Part shown: positions 1-5,445 of the stretch, piece after piece
Position numbering within the stretch: the stretch's first letter is position 1
How the letters are laid out: each line of letters starts with the position of its first letter
NCBI GenBank assembly: GCA_037441385.1
Contig: JBBISH010000171.1
Span: forward strand, 1 to 10,650
DNA: 10,650 nucleotides
DNA from: Myxococcales bacterium
Lineage (GTDB): Bacteria; Myxococcota_A; UBA9042
Reading direction: 5' to 3'
Made by a program: the position numbers and the translations under genes
The notes under the pieces: generated by a model
Told to the model about the DNA's origin: nothing
The model's input: the letters and a program-made list of their open reading frames with translations, nothing else
The model's database searches: none

Positions 1-1
1 G

Positions 2-82
2 CCCCCGGCTCCGCCTGCGCCCCCGGCTCCGCCTGCGCCCCCGGCTCCGCCCGCGCCTCCGGCTCCCCCGGCGCCCCCGGCC
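2..82 (+). repeat. Coding tandem repeat: 18-bp unit cccccggctccgcctgcg (9-bp sub-period) encoding (Pro-Pro-Ala)x9
   Basis: Exact copies at 2-19 and 20-37, a one-mismatch copy at 38-55, a degenerate copy at 56-73 and a half unit at 74-82. It probably continues left of the window. Confidence 0.95.
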
Positions 83-454
83 GACCCGCTTGCCGCGGCG
101 CAGGCCCAAATCGCCGAGCTGCACAAGATGAACGAGCGCAACCAGGCCGAGATCGCGCGCATCACTGCCGAGTCCCTGGCCGCTGAGCGCACGCGGATGC
201 TGGCCGAGCTGGGCGTCAAGCCGCAGTACCACGAGATTGCGCCGGCGAACCTGGACCCGCGCAAGCCCGACGAGCGCGCCAAGCTGGAGAAGTGGGCGGC
301 CGACCGTCCGGAAATCCGCACCGGCCCGACCAAGCCGCCGCCGACCGACCAATCCAAGGCCATGGAGGAGCGGGCAAAGAAGTACGGCAACTCGCCGCTT
401 TGGAACCCGGAGCACCTCAAGGCCAACGCCGCCAAGAACGGCATCACCTTCTGA
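2..454 (+). CDS. Probable capsid scaffolding protein, 5'-truncated by the window edge
   Basis: The frame of the 128..454 ORF is open back to base 2: (PPA)x9-DPLAAAQAQIAELHKMNERNQAEIARITAESLAAERTRMLAELG... This is a Pro-rich linker followed by a coiled-coil-like helix, two genes upstream of the capsid gene. Function is inferred from position and composition. Confidence 0.65.
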   Translation, partial: PPAPPAPPAPPAPPAPPAPPAPPAPPADPLAAAQAQIAELHKMNERNQAEIARITAESLAAERTRMLAELGVKPQYHEIAPANLDPRKPDERAKLEKWAADRPEIRTGPTKPPPTDQSKAMEERAKKYGNSPLWNPEHLKANAAKNGITF

Positions 455-521
455 CCTGACTGCGCGCGGCCCGGCGCCGCACACTGCGATCCTCACGCAA
501 CCACACCCACGGAGTACCACG

Positions 522-953
522 ATGGCTACCAAGAAAGACCCGAACCAAGACCAGGCTGACGGCACCCAGGGCGCGAGCCCCGAGGTCAAAGCGTCGACCG
601 CGCCCAAGATCTTGCGCCCTCCCACCGCGGCCGACCTGGCGGCGGCGCGCGATGCGGCGGAAAAGTCCATCGGTTCGACCAGCTCGCAGCCTGGCACCGT
701 GCTCAATCTTCCGGACGGCTGGACGTCCTACGTGCTCGACCTTGGCATCGACGAGGGCCGGCTCGAAGCGCAGCGGGCGAACCTCCAGCGCAAAGGCTAT
801 ACCAAGGCGGATGGCCTCAGCGTGGTCGGCATCAACCGGCCGGAAGTGTGGGTGATTCCCACCGATGTGTACCAGAATGTGCACATGGCCGCGCGCAAAG
901 AACGCGACGACCGCAGTCGCGCGGCCATGAAGATCACGCAGATGCCTGGGTAG
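522..953 (+). CDS. Hypothetical head-module protein, 143 aa (MATKKDPNQDQ...KITQMPG)
   Basis: ATG at 522 has GGAG at 511-514 and GC3-rich codons. The track's start at 237 overlaps the upstream gene and gives an Arg/Pro/Ser-rich off-frame-looking sequence. Confidence 0.8.
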   Translation: MATKKDPNQDQADGTQGASPEVKASTAPKILRPPTAADLAAARDAAEKSIGSTSSQPGTVLNLPDGWTSYVLDLGIDEGRLEAQRANLQRKGYTKADGLSVVGINRPEVWVIPTDVYQNVHMAARKERDDRSRAAMKITQMPG

Positions 954-992
954 TCGCACCCGCGACTCAACGCCTGGACTGCTCAACTGACC

Positions 993-998
993 GAGGAG
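993..998 (+). promoter_or_regulatory. Shine-Dalgarno site of the major capsid gene
   Basis: GAGGAG lies 7 nt upstream of ATG 1006. Confidence 0.85.
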
Positions 999-1005
999 AC
1001 CTGCA

Positions 1006-1890
1006 ATGGCGAACGATTTCGACCAAATCAAAACCAAGGCTTTTGAAACCTTTCACGAGCCCTTCCTCAAGGGCACCGCCAACTGGGACCAGTTCCTGGA
1101 CGTGCGCACCGCGACGACCAAGCACCTGCAGCTGGGTGCCGTTTTGTCGGGCGGCATCTACGGTGCGGCCGGCACCGGCGACCTGTCGGCGGACGACATC
1201 GACACCGTGAACAACACGCTGACCACCGTTCCCTACGAGAAAAAGGAACGCATCCGCTGGGACCAGCTGGACGACAACCCGGAGTTGCTCAGCGAGGTCA
1301 CGGCCGCCATGGGCGGCGCTGGCTTTTCCAGCCTGCTCAAGCTCGTGAGCGACGGCCTGGCCGGCCTGTTCACGCTGGCGCACCCGAACACCGGGCTGGT
1401 CGGCGCGGGCAAGAAGTTCATCGACACCAACCTGCGCATCGGCAACGACCCGGGGAACACGCAGAGCAACAAGCTGGCGCTGGCGCTGGGCGAGGATGCC
1501 CTGCACGCGGCGCTGACCACCGGCGCGCAGTACAAGAACCACCGCAACATGACGCTGGATCTGTTCAAGAGCGGCGTCGCGCTGATCCACGGCCCGGCCA
1601 ACCGCAAGGTGGCGTTCGAGCTGCTGCGGTCGACGATGAGCGGCAACGACCAGCAGGCCAACCTGCTGAGCGTGTCGGGCATCACCGGGTTCGAGCTGCC
1701 CGAGTGGGGCTACGACTGGATGTGCATCGACCAGGCCATCAAGCCGGCGGTGCTGGTGATCCGGCGTATGCCCGAGGTGACCTTCAGCCAGACCACGGAC
1801 GGCGTCTGGATTGAGGTGGTCGGCAAGTTCACGGCGACCTTCGGCGTTCGGCCGACCGAAGCCGGCATCGTCGGCAGCGACGCTCCCTAG
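1006..1890 (+). CDS. Major capsid protein, divergent Mu gpT-like (HK97 fold), 294 aa
   Basis: Strong SD and very biased codon use. Collinear motifs recall the Mu-like major head subunit family: YEKKERIRWDQLDD, GKKFIDTN, SN, YKNHRNMTL, LIHGPANRKVAFELL, DWMCIDQAIKPAVLVIRRMPE and terminal IVGS. Size and position fit. Confidence 0.85.
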   Translation: MANDFDQIKTKAFETFHEPFLKGTANWDQFLDVRTATTKHLQLGAVLSGGIYGAAGTGDLSADDIDTVNNTLTTVPYEKKERIRWDQLDDNPELLSEVTAAMGGAGFSSLLKLVSDGLAGLFTLAHPNTGLVGAGKKFIDTNLRIGNDPGNTQSNKLALALGEDALHAALTTGAQYKNHRNMTLDLFKSGVALIHGPANRKVAFELLRSTMSGNDQQANLLSVSGITGFELPEWGYDWMCIDQAIKPAVLVIRRMPEVTFSQTTDGVWIEVVGKFTATFGVRPTEAGIVGSDAP

Positions 1891-1913
1891 TCCAGCAGGA
1901 CAGGGACAACCCA

Positions 1914-1954
1914 TGGTCCGGGGTGCGGCGAGCGTGGCGTCGCACCCCGGGCCA
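1914..1954 (+). terminator. 17-bp stem-loop after the capsid gene (terminator-like or mRNA-stabilising, no U-tract)
   Basis: tggtccggggtgcggcg (1914-1930) pairs with cgtcgcaccccgggcca (1938-1954): 15 Watson-Crick pairs plus 2 G-U pairs, with a 7-nt loop agcgtgg. Confidence 0.7.
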
Positions 1955-1967
1955 GCGTAGGAGAGAC

Positions 1968-2843
1968 GTGGCTCGGGAACTTCGCTACGACCAGGACCAG
2001 CTACTGACGCTTGACATCCAGGACGGCCTGGTGCCGGTATCGGCCACGCTCGTTGTGCGGTCTCCGTCTGGCACCGTTCTGCAGTCGCCCACGGCCACCG
2101 TCGCAAGCCTTGCCACCACCGTCGCCGCCGACAGCGACGAGCTCACGCTGCAGCTCGCCTCCGTGGCCGGTCTCGAGGTCGGGCAATTCATCGTGGTCAC
2201 GATGGGCAGCACACGCCATGTCCGGCGCGTGACTGGCATCGACGGCACGGCGGTGTCGCTGCTGGTAGCGCTGCCGGCCATTCCCGCGGTGGGCGCGGCC
2301 GTGGCGACAGCTCGGCTGTCCGGCACTGTGGCCGCGCTCGGCGTGGCCAAGCTCGGCGCGAACTACAGCGCGGAGTGGACCTGGACCGAAAGCGCGACCA
2401 AGACAGGCAGCCTGCGCGAAACCGTTGACGTGGTGCGCTTCCCGTTCAGCTCGCCCGTCACCGCCAACGACGTGGCCGAAGTCCTGGCCTACAGCCACAA
2501 CGACAGCCAGCCCGAGGGCTGGTGTCGGGTGGTGGCCGAGCGCGCCTTTGAGCGCCTGGCGCAAGGCCTGCGCGCCCGCGGCGACCGGCCGCACCTCTAC
2601 ATCGACAGCAGCCTGTTTCGCAACGCCGGCCTGAGCGCCGTTCGCTGGTGCCTGGCCGAGAGCGGCTACGCTCCGGTGGGGTCCACGGCGGACGAGCACA
2701 CGCGCACGATGCGGCTGCAGTTCCAGGACGAGCTCAAGACGGTGGTGCAGAGCCTGGCCCCGTACGACGCCAACGACGACGGCGCCGTGGCTGGCGACGC
2801 CGAAGAGCGGCGGTCCATGTGGACCTTTCGGACCTCGCGATGA
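1968..2843 (+). CDS. Probable head-tail adaptor/connector with N-terminal beta-rich domains, 291 aa
   Basis: GTG at 1968 follows AGGAG at 1959-1963, whereas the track start at 1923 lies inside the hairpin. It is the first gene after the capsid gene. The N-terminal half is V/T/A-rich and beta-like. The C-terminal half is helical, beginning PVTANDV, as expected for SPP1 gp15/HK97 gp6-type adaptors. Confidence 0.65.
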   Translation: MARELRYDQDQLLTLDIQDGLVPVSATLVVRSPSGTVLQSPTATVASLATTVAADSDELTLQLASVAGLEVGQFIVVTMGSTRHVRRVTGIDGTAVSLLVALPAIPAVGAAVATARLSGTVAALGVAKLGANYSAEWTWTESATKTGSLRETVDVVRFPFSSPVTANDVAEVLAYSHNDSQPEGWCRVVAERAFERLAQGLRARGDRPHLYIDSSLFRNAGLSAVRWCLAESGYAPVGSTADEHTRTMRLQFQDELKTVVQSLAPYDANDDGAVAGDAEERRSMWTFRTSR

Positions 2844-3247
2844 CGGCTGCTGACGTGCTCGACCTGGTGGTCGAAACCATCAACGCCATGAACGTGCCGA
2901 GCCCTGCAGAGGGCGGCAACACCATGCGGGCCGCGGCCTCGCCGCGCAAGTCGCGTATTCCGGGCCGCCAGGTGACCGTGGTTCCCGGCGGCAGCCGCCG
3001 CAACCGCGCCAAGATCGGTGGCAACGAACACGAGGTTCCGCTGCTGATCATGACCTACTACAGCGTGAACGACGACGTGTTGCGCACAGCTGTAAACGAC
3101 CAGAGCGACATGGCCGACGCTTTGGAAGCCATGCTCCACGCAGATGTGCTGCGTGTGGAGGTCGACACCGCAGCGCCTGGTGGTGTCAGCGACGACGGCG
3201 AAATCATCTACAGCCGGACGATGAGCGTCTGGTTCCGCAAGAGGTAG
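2840..3247 (+). CDS. Probable tail terminator (lambda gpU/SPP1 gp17-like), 135 aa
   Basis: ATG 2840 overlaps the upstream stop (ATGA). The pattern is an N-terminal helix (MTAADVLDLVVETINAM), strands, a helix (DQSDMADALEAML) and a terminal strand (IIYSRTMSVWF). It lies directly before the tube gene. Confidence 0.6.
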   Translation: MTAADVLDLVVETINAMNVPSPAEGGNTMRAAASPRKSRIPGRQVTVVPGGSRRNRAKIGGNEHEVPLLIMTYYSVNDDVLRTAVNDQSDMADALEAMLHADVLRVEVDTAAPGGVSDDGEIIYSRTMSVWFRKR

Positions 3248-3250
3248 ACC

Positions 3251-4627
3251 ATGAGCAAGTGGGGTATTTCCGACAGTTCTGCGGCGCTGGCGCTGCAGTC
3301 CGACCTGCTGACGCCCAACACCACGGACGCCGACTTTGTCGCCATACAGTGCACCAAGCTGGTGCCCAAGCTGACGACGGACGTTCAGGAGTTCGAGCTG
3401 CTGACCGGCCAGGTGGGCGCCGCGCCCGAGGCCATTCCCGGTCGCAACCACGGCACGGTGACCATCGAGATCCCGCTCGAAGGCTTCAAGGACGGCTACG
3501 ACCCCGTTTCTGAAGACCCCGGTGGCGCTCCGTTTGCCGGCGCCGAGGTCATCCCGCCGTGGCTCGCCATCGTCGGCAACATCCTGGGCAGCCACATCGA
3601 GGGCATCAACACCGGCGACCCGCTCTCGGACCAGAACACGGCGTTCTGGCGCGGCACGCACCTGTCGTGCAACGAGTACACGGCCGGCGGCGTCACGGCG
3701 GCCGGCACTGACTCGACCCACATCACCTGCGACAACGCCACCGCCAGCGACAAGATCAAGCCGGGTGAGGCTGTCTTGGTCGCCACGAGCAGCAGCGCCC
3801 AGGCCATGTGGGGGTTCGTCAAGACCAAGGTGGCGCAGCTGCTGACGCTGTTCGACCCCGCGCAGAAGGTGGTCGCCGACAACGCCGGCAACTTCTACGG
3901 CACGGCGACGGCATGGCTGTCGAGCGAGGAGCAGCGGCCGCTCACGATGCGCTGGGCCGGCGAGCATGCCAACTCGTGCTACGAGCTGACCGGCCTGAAG
4001 TTTCCCAAGTTCACACTCACGCTCGATGCCGGCGCGGTTCCTGTGCTGACTCTGGAAGGCGAGTTCCAGGACTTCCGCATCCGCAAGAACGACGGCGGCC
4101 TGGTCGTCCCCGACGCCTACGATCGCGCCGCGGCCATCATCGGCGCGCATCTGGGCTCGGCCTGTCTGGACAGCACCGACACCCTGGGCCTGGAAGGCCT
4201 CAAGGTCACCTTCGATTCGACGGTCAAGGAGCGCAAGGGCCACTCGGCGGCGCAGGGAATCGCCGATGTGCTGTACTCCAAGAAGCGCGCCCACCTGGAG
4301 CTGATCGTGCCGTACGACAGCTCCGATGATGTGAAGGACGCGACGGGCAACGCAGCGACCGAGGGCGACCACAAGTGGCAGAGCCGCTTCCGCCTGGGCA
4401 CCACCAGCAGCCTGGGCGTGTACGTCAGCCCGCAGGCCGGCCGCGCCCTGGCGATGCTGATGCCGGCTGCCAAGTTGGCCGGCGCGCCCGAGCTGCAGGA
4501 CAGCAACGACGAGCTGGCCTACGCGCTGCGCTTCAACGCCACCACCTACACCGGCGATTCGAGTGACATCGGCGCCGACGCGACGAATTCGCCGTTGGAT
4601 TCGCTGTTCCGCATCACGTGCGGCTAG
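3251..4627 (+). CDS. Major tail tube protein, 458 aa
   Basis: GAGGT at 3241-3245 precedes the ATG. The protein is beta-strand-rich (GTVTIEIPLEG, YELTGLKFPKFTLTLDAG, LKVTFD, LAYALRFNA) with strongly biased codons. It lies between the terminator-like gene and the chaperone/tape measure genes. Confidence 0.8.
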   Translation: MSKWGISDSSAALALQSDLLTPNTTDADFVAIQCTKLVPKLTTDVQEFELLTGQVGAAPEAIPGRNHGTVTIEIPLEGFKDGYDPVSEDPGGAPFAGAEVIPPWLAIVGNILGSHIEGINTGDPLSDQNTAFWRGTHLSCNEYTAGGVTAAGTDSTHITCDNATASDKIKPGEAVLVATSSSAQAMWGFVKTKVAQLLTLFDPAQKVVADNAGNFYGTATAWLSSEEQRPLTMRWAGEHANSCYELTGLKFPKFTLTLDAGAVPVLTLEGEFQDFRIRKNDGGLVVPDAYDRAAAIIGAHLGSACLDSTDTLGLEGLKVTFDSTVKERKGHSAAQGIADVLYSKKRAHLELIVPYDSSDDVKDATGNAATEGDHKWQSRFRLGTTSSLGVYVSPQAGRALAMLMPAAKLAGAPELQDSNDELAYALRFNATTYTGDSSDIGADATNSPLDSLFRITCG

Positions 4628-4681
4628 GCCAGTCGCAGCCGTTCGCACACGCCACCCGACCACCACGCACACGGAGGCATC

Positions 4682-5053
4682 ATGCTGTCGATTCTGTCCA
4701 AGCGCCCGTTCGACGTTGTCTGCAACCTGGAGCTGCCCGAGCCGGGTCAGCCGGCTAACGCCGAAACGCGGTTCTACCCGGCCCCACCTGAGGTTCCGGA
4801 GGGTGTGACCGTCGTGACCATCCGCGGCCTAGACTACTGGCAGGTGGTAGAGCTCGAAACAGCCAACAGCGCTGGCAAGGACGCAAGCGATGAGCTGGCC
4901 AAGAAGCGGGCCCACGTGCGCGCCTACCTGGCGCACGGCGTAGTGGCGGTCAACGGCAACACGGAGCTGGCTGCCCAGGTGGCCGACTCGCCGCACCCGC
5001 GCACGGCGTTGGCCCTTTACCACGCCATCGATGCGGCCAGCTGGGGAAACTGA
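4682..5053 (+). CDS. Tail assembly chaperone (lambda gpG analogue), 123 aa
   Basis: GGAGG at 4673-4677. It lies between the tube and tape measure genes, has a VTIRGL strand followed by helices, and ends W-G-N-stop on a slippery heptamer. Confidence 0.8.
   Translation: MLSILSKRPFDVVCNLELPEPGQPANAETRFYPAPPEVPEGVTVVTIRGLDYWQVVELETANSAGKDASDELAKKRAHVRAYLAHGVVAVNGNTELAAQVADSPHPRTALALYHAIDAASWGN
5044..5050 (+). promoter_or_regulatory. Programmed -1 ribosomal frameshift site G GGA AAC
   Basis: An X XXY YYZ heptamer in the correct phase (TGG GGA AAC TGA), immediately before the chaperone stop. The -1 frame is open through to 5445. Confidence 0.85.
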
Positions 5054-5445
5054 GCGGGTGGGTCGGCGTGCCGGTGCTTTTTGGCGGGCGACCGGTCACT
5101 TTCATCCGTGCGCTGCCCCACCTCATCGCCATCGCCAAGTCCGAGAAAAAGTTCCGGGCAGCCACGCGTTGCCGTTGCACAGTTGGCCCCTGCCGCAAAG
5201 CTCCACCGCGGCGCCGCAACGCAGATGGCAGCGACGGCGGTCCGCTGATTCCGATGCTCGACTGGTCGGTCTGTCCGCACGGCCTGTTGCGGTCGCCGTT
5301 CTTTGCGGTCTGCGAAGAGGTCCTTGCGTTGGGCAAGATCGCACCGATCGCGGGATGGCCGAACGACCTCCCGCCCTGGGTGGTGCGCGGCGTCATGGCG
5401 CTGCACGAGGCACACAATGAGCAACAGCAACGAAACCCGCGTTGA
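5050..5445 (+). CDS. Frameshift-accessed C-terminal part of the tail assembly chaperone (gpT analogue, 131 aa; G-T fusion predicted at 254 aa)
   Basis: The -1 frame relative to 4682..5053 reads LSGWVGVPVLFGGRPVTF...HNEQQQRNPR. Its only early start is GTG 5068, which has no convincing SD. It overlaps the tape measure start by 29 nt. Confidence 0.75.
   Translation: MSGWVGVPVLFGGRPVTFIRALPHLIAIAKSEKKFRAATRCRCTVGPCRKAPPRRRNADGSDGGPLIPMLDWSVCPHGLLRSPFFAVCEEVLALGKIAPIAGWPNDLPPWVVRGVMALHEAHNEQQQRNPR

Noticed and set aside
1..82. Repeat considered as a CRISPR array or terminal repeat
   Set aside because: The units are contiguous with no spacers and keep a coding 9-bp period.
237..521. N-terminal extension of the 237..953 ORF
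   Set aside because: It overlaps the scaffold gene in another frame and is Arg/Pro/Ser-rich. A good SD supports ATG 522 instead.
952..967. Small hairpin agtcgc-accc-gcgact, with agtcgca recurring at 4631-4637 after the tube stop
   Set aside because: The stem is only 6 bp and the match only 7 nt in GC-rich DNA, with no U-tract. This cannot be told from chance.
1815..1967. Adaptor frame is open back into the capsid gene, suggesting a -1 capsid-adaptor fusion
   Set aside because: There is no X XXY YYZ slippery site, and the adaptor has its own AGGAG and GTG.
2648..2839. Upstream extension of the 2648..3247 ORF
   Set aside because: It overlaps the adaptor gene and gives an Arg-rich shadow translation. 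ATGA coupling at 2840 is the better start.
2666..4672. 668-aa minus-strand ORF (also 967..2106, 444..1037 and 2001..2699)
   Set aside because: These are antisense shadows of GC3-biased plus-strand genes, with no recognisable motifs. Stop codons are scarce in such frames.
5303..5416. Longer start for the tape measure ORF
   Set aside because: It lies within the gpT-like frame and is Arg/Trp-rich. ATG 5417 has an SD and gives a typical tape measure N-terminus.
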